Shown here in pieces: positions 30,225 to 40,724 of a stretch of 64,000 bases of DNA. Below the pieces are notes generated by a model. That model searched no databases. It had not been told where the DNA came from and saw nothing but the letters and a program-made list of their open reading frames with translations. The stretch is taken from positions 150,633-214,632 of the forward strand of contig QQVD01000068.1 of NCBI GenBank assembly GCA_003388555.1. The letters are read 5' to 3'. The position numbers and the translations under genes were made by a program. The DNA comes from Acidobacteriota bacterium. Lineage in GTDB: Bacteria > Acidobacteriota > Thermoanaerobaculia > Multivoradales > Multivoraceae. The first letter of the stretch is position 1; each line of letters begins with the position of its first letter.

Positions 30225-32612
30225 ATGGCAAAGATTCGCGTCCAGGACATCGCAAAGAAGATGGGAGTCCCCGAGCAGGACCTCCTCTTCAAGCTGAAGT
30301 CGATCGGCGTCAGGGTCGAGGGTGAGGAATCGCTCATCGACAGCGACGTGATCGGCGCGTTGCTGCAGGGTCGTACCCTGCCGCAGGGACCGCAACGCGA
30401 GGTGATCATGCGCGACAAGGGCGCTCCGCCACCGCCTCAGCGGCGTCAGCGGCGCCCCTCGCCGCCGCCTCCGACCGGCGGCCCGCGCCCACCACGTCGA
30501 CGCCAGGTCGTTCAGAAGACCGACGCGAAGATCCGGGCGATCCCGACGACTGCACGGCGGCCTCGCAAGCCGACGCCCGAGGAGATCGCCGCCCGCGAGA
30601 TGGCCGAGAAGGAGAAGGCCGCGGCGGCCGCGGCCGCCGAGGAGCGAGCCCTCGAGGAGCGCAAGAAGAAGGCGACCGGGGCCGACGAGGACGCCGCCGA
30701 GGCGGTCTCCGAGCGCAAGGACTCCCCCGCCGACGACGAGAAGGCCGTCGCCGCCGAGCGCGAAACCGCCGCCGACAGTGCCGAGGAGCAGGAAGCGGTC
30801 GCCACGGCGCCGGGTGAGGTGCCCGAGCACCCGCCTGTCTCGCCGCAGGACGACATCGTGACGATCGCCGAGGGGCTGCGCGTGCGCGACCTCGCCGAGA
30901 AGCTCGACATGAAGGCCAAGGACCTGATGAAGACGCTCTTCCAGCGCGGCATCATGGCCAGCGTCAACCACGTTCTCGAGCCGGAGCTCGCGCGTCAGAT
31001 CGCCGAGGACCTGGGCTTCGAGGCGATGGTGGTCTCCTTCGAGGAGGAGGTCCAGCTCCAGCACGAGATCGAGACCGAGTCCGACGGCGCCAACCGCACG
31101 ACCCGCCCACCCGTGGTGACCGTCATGGGCCACGTCGACCACGGCAAGACCTCGCTGCTCGACGCCATCCGCAAGTCGAAGGTCGCCGAGGGAGAGCACG
31201 GCGGCATCACCCAGCACATCGCCGCCTACCGCGCCGATCTCGGCGAGGGCAAGCAGGTCGTCTTCCTCGATACGCCGGGCCACGAAGCGTTCACTCAGCT
31301 GCGCGCCCGCGGTGCCCGGGTCACCGACATCGTGGTGCTGGTCGTCGCTGCAGACGACGGCGTCATGCCCCAGACGATCGAGGCGATCCAGCACGCCCGC
31401 GCCGCCAAGGTGCCCATCCTGGTGGCGATGAACAAGATGGACCGCCCGAACGCCAACCCCGACAAGGTGAAGAAGGAGCTCTCCGAACAGGAGCTGCTGG
31501 TCGAGGACTGGGGCGGCGACGTGGTCTGCGTGCCGATGTCGGCGATCAAGGGCGAAGGCATCGACGAGCTGCTCGAGATGATCTACCTGACCGCCGAGAT
31601 GAGGGAGCTGACCGCCGACCCCACCTTGCCGGGCCAGGGCGTCGTGCTCGAGGCGCGCAAGGAGCTCGGCCGCGGCATCGTCGCGACGGTGCTGATCCAG
31701 AGCGGCACCGCCGAGGTCGGAGAGACCTTCGTGGCCGGCGCGACCTGGGGTCGCATCCGCGCCATGACCGACGACCGTGGCAACAAGCTCGACTCCGCCG
31801 GTCCGTCCACGCCGGTCGAGGTCTCCGGTTTCAACGAGCTGCCCAACGCCGGCGACCCGATCCAGATCGTGGCCAAGGAGTCGCAGGCCCGCGACATCGC
31901 CGAGCTGCGCCGCGAGGAGCTGCGCCAGCGCGAGCTCGCGCCGGCCGCCGGTCGCATGTCCCTGGAGTCCCTGTTCAGCAAGATCCAGGAGGGCGAGGTC
32001 AAGGAGCTTCCGGTCATCGTCAAGGCCGACGTGCAGGGCTCCGTCGAGGTGCTCAAGGACGCCCTCGCCAAGCTCTCCACCGACAAGGTCAAGGTGCGCG
32101 TGATCGGCGCCAACGCCGGCGCCATCTCGACCAACGACGTGCTCTTCGCGTCGGCCTCGGACGCCATCGTCGTCGGCTTCAACGTCCGCCCGGAGCGCAA
32201 CGCCTCCGATCTCGCAGCGAAGGAACAGGTCGAGATCCGCACCTACACCGTCATCTACGAGTTGATCGACGAGATCAAGCAGGCGATGACCGGCCTGCTC
32301 GAGCCCACCTTCCGCGAGGTCGAGCAGGGTCGCGCCGAGGTAAGGGAGACGTTCAAGGTGCCCAAGGTCGGCGTCGTCGCCGGCTGTCACGTCATCGAGG
32401 GCGTGATCCAGCGTGGCAGCAGCGTCCGCCTGCTGCGCGACAACGTCGTCGTCTTCGAGGGCGGCATCGCCTCGCTGCGTCGCTTCAAGGACGACGCCGC
32501 CGAGGTGCGCAGCGGCTTCGACTGCGGCATCGGGCTGGCGGGCTACCAGGACGTCAAGCCCGGGGACGTGATCGAGGCCTTCAAGCAGGAGACCGTGGCG
32601 CCCACTCTCTGA
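30225..32612 (+). CDS. infB: translation initiation factor IF-2
   Basis: G domain [29 protein letters not shown]. 795 aa. Confidence 0.9.
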   Translation: MAKIRVQDIAKKMGVPEQDLLFKLKSIGVRVEGEESLIDSDVIGALLQGRTLPQGPQREVIMRDKGAPPPPQRRQRRPSPPPPTGGPRPPRRRQVVQKTDAKIRAIPTTARRPRKPTPEEIAAREMAEKEKAAAAAAAEERALEERKKKATGADEDAAEAVSERKDSPADDEKAVAAERETAADSAEEQEAVATAPGEVPEHPPVSPQDDIVTIAEGLRVRDLAEKLDMKAKDLMKTLFQRGIMASVNHVLEPELARQIAEDLGFEAMVVSFEEEVQLQHEIETESDGANRTTRPPVVTVMGHVDHGKTSLLDAIRKSKVAEGEHGGITQHIAAYRADLGEGKQVVFLDTPGHEAFTQLRARGARVTDIVVLVVAADDGVMPQTIEAIQHARAAKVPILVAMNKMDRPNANPDKVKKELSEQELLVEDWGGDVVCVPMSAIKGEGIDELLEMIYLTAEMRELTADPTLPGQGVVLEARKELGRGIVATVLIQSGTAEVGETFVAGATWGRIRAMTDDRGNKLDSAGPSTPVEVSGFNELPNAGDPIQIVAKESQARDIAELRREELRQRELAPAAGRMSLESLFSKIQEGEVKELPVIVKADVQGSVEVLKDALAKLSTDKVKVRVIGANAGAISTNDVLFASASDAIVVGFNVRPERNASDLAAKEQVEIRTYTVIYELIDEIKQAMTGLLEPTFREVEQGRAEVRETFKVPKVGVVAGCHVIEGVIQRGSSVRLLRDNVVVFEGGIASLRRFKDDAAEVRSGFDCGIGLAGYQDVKPGDVIEAFKQETVAPTL

Positions 32613-32730
32613 CGCGAAGCCGCACCTTCGCCCCGGCGCCGGCCGACGGATCGGCGCGGGGCTGACCAGGCATCATCGACTCGAGGGTCCTCCGCCCCAC
32701 CACCCTCCCGACACCCGAACGAGGAACTCC

Positions 32731-33030
32731 ATGTCCGGAGCCGCTGCGCTGGTGCTGTTCGAGCTGCACCTCCCCGAGACCCGGGGCCTGAAGGAGAAGC
32801 GGCGCATCGTCAAGAGCCTGATCGAGAGACTGCACAGCCGGCACAGGGTCTCCGTCGCCGAGGTCGGTCTGCACGATCTCCACCAGCGCAGCGAGATCGG
32901 CCTGGCGCTGGTCGCCTCGAGCGCCAGCCAGGCGGAGGCGCTGCTCGAGAGCCTGCGTCAAACGGTCGAGCTGGAGACCCTGGGCTGCGTCATCAGCCGA
33001 TGGTCGCCCGAGGTCATCGACTTCGCCTGA
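32731..33030 (+). CDS. DUF503 family protein (YlxP-like, conserved between infB and rbfA)
   Basis: 99 aa; LVLFELHLPETRGLKEKRRIVKSL; RBS GAGGAA; conserved position in the nusA-infB operon. Confidence 0.75.
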   Translation: MSGAAALVLFELHLPETRGLKEKRRIVKSLIERLHSRHRVSVAEVGLHDLHQRSEIGLALVASSASQAEALLESLRQTVELETLGCVISRWSPEVIDFA

Positions 33031-33118
33031 CCGCCTTCTCTCCCGCCGCGACCCACCACCGGCGGACGAGGATCGGCGGATCGAGCATCCTTCGAACCCT
33101 TCCAACGAGCGAACCAGA

Positions 33119-33541
33119 ATGCCCAGCAACCGTGCAGACCGCGTCGGCGACCTCATCCGCGCCGAGCTCGGAGACATCCTGCTCACCGAGATGCGCGACC
33201 CGCGGGTGCGCCTGGCCAGCGCCAGCTCGGTCCAGGTCAGTCGCGACCTGTCGCACGCCACGGTGATGGTGTCGAGTCTCGCCACGGACGAGGAGGAGCG
33301 GACGCAGACGATCGAGGCTCTGCGCCGCGCCTCCGGATTCCTGCGCCGCACACTGGCAGCCCGTCTGCGCCTGCGCCGGATGCCCGAGCTGCACTTCGAG
33401 CTCGACCGCGGCGCCGAGCATTCCCGGCAGATCACCGATCTGCTCGACGAGTTGCACCAGGGCGACGACGAGCGCGGCGTCGGCGCGGACACGGACGAGG
33501 GGCAATCGGTGGCCGACGACGACGAGACCGGCGAACCATGA
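33119..33541 (+). CDS. rbfA: ribosome-binding factor A
   Basis: RADRVGDLIRAELGDIL...VRLASASSVQVSRDLSHATVMVS is RbfA-like KH. Acidic C-terminal tail. Confidence 0.85.
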   Translation: MPSNRADRVGDLIRAELGDILLTEMRDPRVRLASASSVQVSRDLSHATVMVSSLATDEEERTQTIEALRRASGFLRRTLAARLRLRRMPELHFELDRGAEHSRQITDLLDELHQGDDERGVGADTDEGQSVADDDETGEP

Positions 33542-34590
33542 GCTCTTCCGCCACCCGATCTCGCCGCGACGGAGCGTCCTCCAGCGAGCCGACGCTGCAC
33601 GCGCCGCCGCCCGAGCTGCTGCGGCTGCTCGCCCGGCCGGCCCGGCTGGTGCTGACCTCGCACTCCAATCCGGACGGCGACGCGGTGGGCTCGCAGATCG
33701 CGATGTACCGGCTGCTCGTCGCCGCCGGCCACCGGGTCACGGTGTGGAACCTCGACCCCGTACCGCGCCACTTCCGCGACTTCCTCGCCGACACCCCCTG
33801 GCATCACGGCACCGAGCCTCCGGAAGAGCTCGGCGGGCTCGAGGCAGTCGACCTGGTGGTCTACATGGAGTGCCCCAGCCGATCGCGCTCGGGCCTGGCG
33901 GCCCTGGAGAGGCTGCCGGCGGTGAACATCGACCACCACCTGGGCAACCAGCTGTACGGCGTCGTCGACTGGGTGGTGCCCGCCAGCGCCTCGGTGTCGC
34001 AGATGGCGCTGGAGCTCGCCAGGGCCCTCTCCTGGCCGATCGACGCGGTCACCGCCGAGGCCCTGCTGCTCGGTCTGGTCACCGACACCGGCAGCTTCCG
34101 CTACTCCAACTCCGACCCCGCCGCGTTCCGTCACGCCGCCGAGCTGGTCGCCCTCGGTGCCTCACCGGAACGCGTCGCCCATCACGTCTACGAACGCCGC
34201 TCGATCGCCTCCGTGCGCCTCCAGCAGGCGATGTTCTCGACCCTCCGACTCGCTGCCGGTGGGCGCGTCGCCGTGGCATGGTTGACCGACGAGATGTTCG
34301 ACTCCACAGCCGCCACCGGCGACGACACCGAGGGCTTCGTCGAGAGCCTACGGGTGCTCGACGGCGTCGAGGCGACAGCCCTGCTGCGCCAGATCGGCGA
34401 CGGTGAGTTCAAGGCGTCGCTGCGCTCGCGCGGTGGCGTCGACGTCGAGCGCGTGGCTTCGCGCCACGGCGGCGGCGGACACCGCAACGCAGCCGGCTGC
34501 CGGCTGGAGGGCGACGCCGAGGATCTTGCGGCGCGGCTCGCGAGCGAGCTCGCCGACGCCGTCGACGCCGCCTCGCCTGGCGTCTCCTGA
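33538..34590 (+). CDS. nrnA: DHH/DHHA1 phosphoesterase, NrnA-type bifunctional oligoribonuclease/pAp phosphatase
   Basis: LVLTSHSNPDGDAVGSQIA (DHH motif region), INIDHH, C-terminal GGGHRNAAG (DHHA1). ATGA overlap with the rbfA stop. Confidence 0.8.
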   Translation: MSSSATRSRRDGASSSEPTLHAPPPELLRLLARPARLVLTSHSNPDGDAVGSQIAMYRLLVAAGHRVTVWNLDPVPRHFRDFLADTPWHHGTEPPEELGGLEAVDLVVYMECPSRSRSGLAALERLPAVNIDHHLGNQLYGVVDWVVPASASVSQMALELARALSWPIDAVTAEALLLGLVTDTGSFRYSNSDPAAFRHAAELVALGASPERVAHHVYERRSIASVRLQQAMFSTLRLAAGGRVAVAWLTDEMFDSTAATGDDTEGFVESLRVLDGVEATALLRQIGDGEFKASLRSRGGVDVERVASRHGGGGHRNAAGCRLEGDAEDLAARLASELADAVDAASPGVS

Positions 34591-34630
34591 GCTCGGGCCG
34601 GCCGCGCCACCCGCCACGGATACCCAACCG

Positions 34631-35575
34631 ATGTCCAGCTCCAACCAGCCGCCGAGCGGCGTGCTCCTGGTCGACAAGCCGAAGGGCTGCACCTCCCACG
34701 ACGTCGTCGATCGGGCTCGCCGCGCCCTCGGCCTGCGCAAGATCGGCCACGCCGGCACCCTCGATCCCTCGGCCACCGGTCTGCTGGTGCTGACGGTGGG
34801 CCAGGCGACGCGCCTGTCGCGCTTCCTCACCGGCGCGCCGAAGATCTACCAGGGCACCATCCGCTTCGGCATCGCCACCGACACCTACGACGCCGCCGGC
34901 GAGGTCACCTCGAGGCAGGCCACCGACGGGCTCGAGCGCAGCGCCGTCGAGCGCGCCATGCAGGCCAGGATCGGCGCCCAGGAACAGGTGGCGCCCGCCT
35001 TCTCGGCCAAGAAGTTCGCAGGTCGCAAGGGCTACGAGCTGGCGCGCGAAGGCAAGCCCGTGCCGCGCCGCACCTCGTCGATCGAGGTCTACCGCTACGA
35101 CCCGATCGGGGAGCTCGAGAACGACAGGATCGACTTCGAGCTCGAGTGCAGCGCCGGCACCTATGCCCGGTCGCTGTCCCACGACGTCGGCGAGGACGTC
35201 GGCGTCGGCGCCCACCTGGCCCGGCTGCGCCGCGTCGGCATCGGCCCCCTGCGGGTGAGCGAGGCGGCGACGCTCGAGGACCTCGAGGGGCTGATCACCG
35301 ACACCGAACGGCGCCCACCCGGCGAGCTCGGCGAGGCCTGGATCCCGTTCAGCGAGATCCCGCTCCCCTTTCCCGACCTCCAGATCGACGTCCAGCAGGC
35401 CCAACGCATCGCCAACGGCCAGACCGTGCTCCAGGCCGACCAGAGACTGGAGGAAGGCGACTGGGTGCGGCTGCTCGACGCGGGCCGCCGCTGTGTCGCG
35501 ATCGCGGTCGTCGTGGAGTCGATCGGTGAGCGCGGCCTGAGCGTGCTGCAGCCCAAGATCGTCTTCCCGCAGTGA
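34631..35575 (+). CDS. truB: tRNA pseudouridine(55) synthase TruB
   Basis: GVLLVDKPKGCTSHDVV...IGHAGTLDPSATGLLVL (catalytic Asp motif), C-terminal PUA-like domain. Start at ATG 34631. The ORF-track N-terminal extension overlaps nrnA. Confidence 0.85.
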   Translation: MSSSNQPPSGVLLVDKPKGCTSHDVVDRARRALGLRKIGHAGTLDPSATGLLVLTVGQATRLSRFLTGAPKIYQGTIRFGIATDTYDAAGEVTSRQATDGLERSAVERAMQARIGAQEQVAPAFSAKKFAGRKGYELAREGKPVPRRTSSIEVYRYDPIGELENDRIDFELECSAGTYARSLSHDVGEDVGVGAHLARLRRVGIGPLRVSEAATLEDLEGLITDTERRPPGELGEAWIPFSEIPLPFPDLQIDVQQAQRIANGQTVLQADQRLEEGDWVRLLDAGRRCVAIAVVVESIGERGLSVLQPKIVFPQ

Positions 35576-35580
35576 TCGAC

Positions 35581-35640
35581 GGTGACCGAAGATGACCGAC
35601 AGAGACCGACAGAGACCGACCGTGACCACCAGGGATCGAC
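35581..35640. repeat. degenerate tandem 10-mer repeat (core GACCGAC) x6
   Basis: ggtgaccgaa gatgaccgac agagaccgac agagaccgac cgtgaccacc agggatcgac, starting 3 nt after the truB stop. Confidence 0.85.
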
Positions 35641-35838
35641 CGTGAGCCTCGAAGCTCGCCCGGTCGCTCTCGGATCGCCCGGAGGGAGCCTCGCCGCCCC
35701 CCACGAGAGCCGCCGAGCGGAGCCGAATCGCACCCGACTCGAACGGTGCAGCGAAGACAACACCGAAGTCGGAGAATCCCTGCAATCGTGCTAAGATCCG
35801 AAGGTTGAAGAAGAAGAAGAACGAAGGAGCAGAAAGCC

Positions 35839-36108
35839 TTGCCTCAGACCACGGAAACGAAACAGCAGATCATCGAGAAGCACGGTCTGCACGCTACCGA
35901 CACCGGCTCGCCGGAGGTGCAGATCGCCCTCCTCACCGACCGCATCACCGAGCTCACCGAGCACTTCAAGACCCATAAGCACGACCACCACGGGCGGCGC
36001 GGCCTGCTGCGCCTCGTCGGTCGTCGTCGCCGCCTCCTGGACTACCTGCGCTCGCAGAGCTTCGAGCGCTACAAGTCCACCATCGAGACCCTCGGGATCC
36101 GCCGCTGA
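35839..36108 (+). CDS. rpsO: 30S ribosomal protein S15
   Basis: [59 protein letters not shown] start with a perfect SD AAGGAG 8 nt upstream. Confidence 0.9.
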   Translation: MPQTTETKQQIIEKHGLHATDTGSPEVQIALLTDRITELTEHFKTHKHDHHGRRGLLRLVGRRRRLLDYLRSQSFERYKSTIETLGIRR

Positions 36109-36535
36109 TCCCGGCGGCGGCCGCGTGCCCCGGCCCTCCGAGACCTCCCTGCCGACGCGCCGGTTCACCGCGTCCGCCGGCGGGCTCGACTCGTGGGCGT
36201 GCGCCGCGCGCCAGCCACTGACTCGAGGCGCCTCGGCCGAGCGGGCTCTGCCAGACGGCCCAGACCGGGCGAACGACCCGGCCGCACGATGCCGCAGCTC
36301 GAAGTGAGCGCGTCGTGCCCCGGGTCACGCCGCAAACACCAGTTCCAGCCCAGCCGCCTTCGATCCGGCGGCCCGAACGAAGAGCGCCGCGTGGCGCCGC
36401 CGCGATCTGCAGGCACACGCGATCTACCCGGCCCTGGACTCCTGTCCGAGACCCACGACGACGAAACCATGGACAGCCGGGCCCAGACGCAGCGCGGACC
36501 GAAGCGACAGCGAAGAGAGAAAGAGAAGTAGAGAG
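36109..36535 (+). promoter_or_regulatory. long rpsO-pnp intergenic region / pnp 5' leader (likely autoregulatory, RNase III-processed by analogy)
   Basis: 427 nt between rpsO and pnp with no credible CDS. A GC hairpin overlaps the rpsO stop (ccgccgcTGAtcccggcggcgg). An AG-rich tract gaagagagaaagagaagtagagag lies immediately before the pnp ATG. Confidence 0.4.
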
Positions 36536-38797
36536 ATGAAGCACAGCAGAGAGATCCAGATCGGCAACCAGACCCTCACCATCGAGACCGGACGCGTCGC
36601 CAAGCAGGCCGACGGCGCCTGCATGGTGCGCTTCGGCGACACCGTGGTGCTCACCACCGCCTGCATGACGCCGAGCAGCAACCCGCGCGGCTTCCTCCCC
36701 CTGACGGTCGACTACCGCGAGTTCGCCTTCGCGGCCGGACGCATTCCCGGCGGCTTCTTCAAGCGCGAGGGCCGGCCGTCCGAGAAGGAGATCATCACCT
36801 GCCGTCTGACCGACCGTCCGTTGCGGCCGCTCTTCCCGAAGGGCTACTTCAACGAGACCCAGATCATCACCGCGGTGCTCTCGGCCGATCAGGAGAACGA
36901 TCCCGACATCCTGGCGATCAATGGCGCCTCGGCCGCCCTGGTGTTGTCGAAGATCCCCTTCTACCACCCGATCGGCGCCGTGCGCGTCGGCATGGTCGAC
37001 GGCGAGATGCTGTTCAATCCGCCGAGCAGCGAGCGTGACGTCTCCGACCTCGACCTGGTGGTCGTCGGGACCCAGGAGGCGGTGGTGATGGTCGAGGCCG
37101 CCGCCAACCAGCTGCCCGAGTCCGTGGTCCTGGACTGCATCTTCGCCGCGCACAAAGAGATCCAGAAGATCATCCAGGCGCAGCACGACCTCTTCCAGGA
37201 GATGAACCTCGAGAAGCCGGACTGGAAGCCGGTCGAGGAGTACCCCGAGGCGCTCTACGAAGACGTCAAGCGCTCGATCGGCGAGGCGTTCCGCAAGGCG
37301 CTGAACACCGAGGGCAAGTTCGCCCGCAAGGCCGCGGTCTCGGCGGTGGTCGACAGCTACATGTCGCAGATCCCCGAGGACGACGAGACCCAGCGCGCCC
37401 AGGTGAAGGCGGTGGTCTCCCACCTCGAGGACGAGGCCCTGCGCACCCAGGTACTGCAGACCAAGAAGCGCTTCGACGGTCGCGAGCTCGACCAGGTGCG
37501 CGAGCTCGACATCGAGGTCGGTCTGCTGCCGCGCACCCACGGCTCGGCTCTCTTCCAGCGCGGTGAGACCCAGGCGATCGCCACCGTGACGCTGGGCACC
37601 AAGCGCGATGCCCAGATCGTCGAGGAGTACGAGGGCGAGACGCACCAGAAGTTCATGCTGCACTACAACTTCCCGCCCTACTCGGTCGGTGAGGTGCGGT
37701 TCATGCGCGGCTCCAGCCGGCGTGAGATCGGTCACGGCGTGCTCGCCCGCCGCGCCCTGATGTCGGTGCTGCCCACCGAGGAGGAGTTCCCCTACACCAT
37801 CCGCGTGGTCTCCGAGATCACCGAGTCGAACGGCTCGTCGTCGATGGCCACCGTCTGCGGCGGCTCGCTGGCGATGTTCGATGCCGGCGTCCCACTGCTG
37901 GCGCCGGTGGCCGGCGTCGCCATGGGACTGGTCAAGAGCGGCGACGACTTCGCGGTGCTCACCGACATCGCAGGCCAGGAGGACCACCACGGCGACATGG
38001 ATTTCAAGGTCGCCGGGACCCGTGAAGGCATCACCGCCCTGCAGATGGACATCAAGATCACCGGCGTGACCCGGGAGATCATGGGCCAGGCCCTCGAGCA
38101 GGCCCGCGCCGGCAGGCTGCACATCCTGGAGGCCATGGAGGCACGGATCGGCACGCCGCGCGAGGAGATCTCGCGCCATGCGCCGCGCCTGCACACACTG
38201 ATGATCTCCAAGGACAAGATCCGCGACGTCATCGGCCCAGGCGGCAAGACCATCCGCTCGATCACCGAGGAGACCGGCTGCCAGATCGAGATCGACGACG
38301 ACGGCCGCGTGGTCGTCGCGGCTCCCGACTCGGCGGCCGCCAAGGCGGCGATCTCGATGATCGAGCGCCTCACCGAGGTGCCCGAGATCGACAAGGTCTA
38401 CACCGGCCAGGTGCGTCGGGTCGAGCCCTATGGCTGCTTCGTCGAGATCCTCCCGGGTACCGACGGGCTGGTGCACATCTCCGAGATGGCTCCCAACCGG
38501 ATCGAGGAGATCACCGACGTGGTGCGCGAGGGCGACGAGATGACGGTCAAGGTCATCGACATCGACAACACCGGCAGGGTCCGGCTGTCGCGCAAGGCGG
38601 TGATCATGGAGAGCCCCGACTACGACCCCGCCGACTATGGCAATCCGGAGCCCCGTTCCTCGGACGACCGGCGGCGCGGCGGCGGCCCGCCGCGCGGTCG
38701 CGACGGTGGTCGCGACGGTCGCGGACAGGGCGACAGCGGTCGGCCTCCGCGCCGACGCTCGGGAGGGGGCGGAGGCCGTCGCCAGCGCACCTCCTGA
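36536..38797 (+). CDS. pnp: polyribonucleotide nucleotidyltransferase (PNPase) with RGG-rich C-terminal tail
   Basis: Two RNase PH domains, KH (GPGGKTIRSITEETG), S1 (GQVRRVEPYGCFVEI). C-terminal tail is RRGGGPPRGRDGGRDGRGQGD. Confidence 0.9.
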   Translation: MKHSREIQIGNQTLTIETGRVAKQADGACMVRFGDTVVLTTACMTPSSNPRGFLPLTVDYREFAFAAGRIPGGFFKREGRPSEKEIITCRLTDRPLRPLFPKGYFNETQIITAVLSADQENDPDILAINGASAALVLSKIPFYHPIGAVRVGMVDGEMLFNPPSSERDVSDLDLVVVGTQEAVVMVEAAANQLPESVVLDCIFAAHKEIQKIIQAQHDLFQEMNLEKPDWKPVEEYPEALYEDVKRSIGEAFRKALNTEGKFARKAAVSAVVDSYMSQIPEDDETQRAQVKAVVSHLEDEALRTQVLQTKKRFDGRELDQVRELDIEVGLLPRTHGSALFQRGETQAIATVTLGTKRDAQIVEEYEGETHQKFMLHYNFPPYSVGEVRFMRGSSRREIGHGVLARRALMSVLPTEEEFPYTIRVVSEITESNGSSSMATVCGGSLAMFDAGVPLLAPVAGVAMGLVKSGDDFAVLTDIAGQEDHHGDMDFKVAGTREGITALQMDIKITGVTREIMGQALEQARAGRLHILEAMEARIGTPREEISRHAPRLHTLMISKDKIRDVIGPGGKTIRSITEETGCQIEIDDDGRVVVAAPDSAAAKAAISMIERLTEVPEIDKVYTGQVRRVEPYGCFVEILPGTDGLVHISEMAPNRIEEITDVVREGDEMTVKVIDIDNTGRVRLSRKAVIMESPDYDPADYGNPEPRSSDDRRRGGGPPRGRDGGRDGRGQGDSGRPPRRRSGGGGGRRQRTS

Positions 38798-38810
38798 TCG
38801 ACCTACACCC

Positions 38811-38849
38811 AGAGCCCTGCATTCGCAGGGCTCTCCTCTATAATCTAGG
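38811..38849 (+). terminator. pnp downstream hairpin (10-bp perfect stem) followed by CCTCTATAATCT; possible terminator overlapping a consensus -10 TATAAT
   Basis: agagccctgc attc gcagggctct read directly, 14 nt after the pnp stop. TATAAT at 38839-38844. Confidence 0.5.
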
Positions 38850-38918
38850 AATTCGTCAGCCCGGCGAGCCACAGACGAGCCCAGCTGCCATCCCATCTCC
38901 TCGCATGCGATCCCACCC

Positions 38919-39494
38919 ATGACCGACAGGCTCTACACCACCAACCAGCTCGCCAAACACTTCGGCGTCGTCCCCACCACGGTCATCGACTGGATCGAGG
39001 CGGGCAAGCTCGAGGCTTTCAAGACCCTCGGCGGACACCGTCGTATCACCCACCGCGCGGTGCTCGAGTTCCTCAGGCGCCACGGGCTGCCGAGCCCACC
39101 GGCCTTCGAGGCGCTGACCCAGAAGGTGGTCGTGCTCGACGACGAGAAGGAGATCCTCGCCCTCTTCGGCAGGATCCTCCGTCAGGGTCTGCCCGAGATC
39201 GAGACCATCCTGGTCGACCACCCGGTCGAGGCGCTGATGCGGATCGGCTCCGAGCAGCCGCAGCTCGTCGTGTTCGACATCCACATGCCGGACATGGACG
39301 GTTTCGAGTTCTGCCGCAAGCTGCGCGAGAGCCTCACCCACGAGCTGCGCCTGCTCGCGATCTCGGGCGACACCACCGATGCCACCCGCGAGAAGGTCCT
39401 GGCGGCGGGAGCCGACAGGTTCATCGCCAAGACCGACGCCCGGGACCAGCTGGTGACCGCGTGCCAGGAGTTGCTGGCGGCCCAGAAGCGATGA
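38919..39494 (+). CDS. response regulator with N-terminal excisionase/MerR-type HTH (HTH_17-like) fused to a receiver domain
   Basis: LYTTNQLAKHFGVVPTTVIDWIEAGKLEAFKTLGGHRRI (HTH), then VVVLDDEKEI...VFDIHMPDMDGFEF...AKTD (REC). Confidence 0.7.
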   Translation: MTDRLYTTNQLAKHFGVVPTTVIDWIEAGKLEAFKTLGGHRRITHRAVLEFLRRHGLPSPPAFEALTQKVVVLDDEKEILALFGRILRQGLPEIETILVDHPVEALMRIGSEQPQLVVFDIHMPDMDGFEFCRKLRESLTHELRLLAISGDTTDATREKVLAAGADRFIAKTDARDQLVTACQELLAAQKR

Positions 39495-39566
39495 TCGCCG
39501 GCTGATCGGGGGCGGAGCGAGCCCAGCGCCGCCTGCGCGGCCGACCCGAAGGGCGAGGAGTCGAGC

Positions 39567-40712
39567 ATGGCCGAGAAAGTCCTTGTGGTCGACGACGAGA
39601 CGGCGATCCGCGAGCTGCTCGTCTCCCAGGTGACCTACATGGGGCACCATTGTGTCGGTGCCGCGACTGGCGCCGAGGCGCTGGCCATCGCGAGCATGGA
39701 GCCCCATCCGGCCCTGGTGCTCTCCGACGTCGAGATGCCGGGGATCCCTGGCGACGAGCTGCTCGAGCGGCTGCTCAAGATCGACCCCCAGATCCAGGTG
39801 GTGATGGTCACCGCCAACAGCGATCTGAACAACGTCCGCCGCTGCCTGCGCTCGGGGGCCTACGACTACATCATCAAGCCGTACGACCTCCAGGACCTCG
39901 GCGAGACCATGGAACGTGCGCTCGAACGCAGGCGCCTCCGGCTGCAGGTCGACGAGTACCAGAACGACCTCGAGCGCCGGGTCCGCGAGAAGACCCGCGA
40001 AGTCCTCGAGACACGCGACATCGCCCTCCTGGCGGTGGCCAAGCTGGCCGAGTGCCGCGACGACTCGACCGGCCTGCATCTCGATCGCATGCAGTGGTAC
40101 AGCAGGGTGCTGGCCGAGGAGCTGGCCGTCTCAGGCCCCTACCGAGCCATCTCCACTCCGGAGTTCGTCGACCACCTGTTCAAGTCCTCACCGCTGCACG
40201 ACATCGGCAAGGTCGCGATCCCCGACCAGATCCTGCTCAAGGAGGACACGCTGACCGAGGAGGAGTGGGCGATCATGAAGACCCACACCACGCGCGGTGG
40301 CGACACTCTCAGAGAGGTCATCGAGAGTCAGGTGCCCTTCCGCAGCCAGGGGGCACGGTTCCTTCGCATGGCGATGGAGATCGCCTACGACCACCACGAG
40401 CGCTGGGACGGCAGCGGCTACCCGAGCGGCAAGAAGGCCGACGACATACCCCTCGGGGCCCGCGTGGTCGCCGTCGCCGATGCCTACGACGCGATCACGG
40501 CCTCGCGGCCCTACAAGGTGGCGGCCCCACACGACGAGGCGGTCGAGCGCATCCGCGCCGATGCAGGCAGTCACTTCGATCCGCACCTGGTCGAGGCGTT
40601 CGTGCGCTGCGCCGCCAAGTTCTCGCTGATCCAGAAGCAGATGCTGCGACAGGGTCAGAGCAGGCCCCGGCTGCAGAGCGAGGTCGTGGGCCCCACCCGC
40701 TCGGTGATCTGA
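39567..40712 (+). CDS. response regulator with HD-GYP domain (c-di-GMP phosphodiesterase type, RpfG-like)
   Basis: REC (VLVVDDETAIRE...LSDVEMPGIPGDEL) plus HD-GYP (PLHDIGKVAIPD...HHERWDGSGYP). Confidence 0.8.
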   Translation: MAEKVLVVDDETAIRELLVSQVTYMGHHCVGAATGAEALAIASMEPHPALVLSDVEMPGIPGDELLERLLKIDPQIQVVMVTANSDLNNVRRCLRSGAYDYIIKPYDLQDLGETMERALERRRLRLQVDEYQNDLERRVREKTREVLETRDIALLAVAKLAECRDDSTGLHLDRMQWYSRVLAEELAVSGPYRAISTPEFVDHLFKSSPLHDIGKVAIPDQILLKEDTLTEEEWAIMKTHTTRGGDTLREVIESQVPFRSQGARFLRMAMEIAYDHHERWDGSGYPSGKKADDIPLGARVVAVADAYDAITASRPYKVAAPHDEAVERIRADAGSHFDPHLVEAFVRCAAKFSLIQKQMLRQGQSRPRLQSEVVGPTRSVI

Positions 40713-40724
40713 GCCGCGGCGAGC

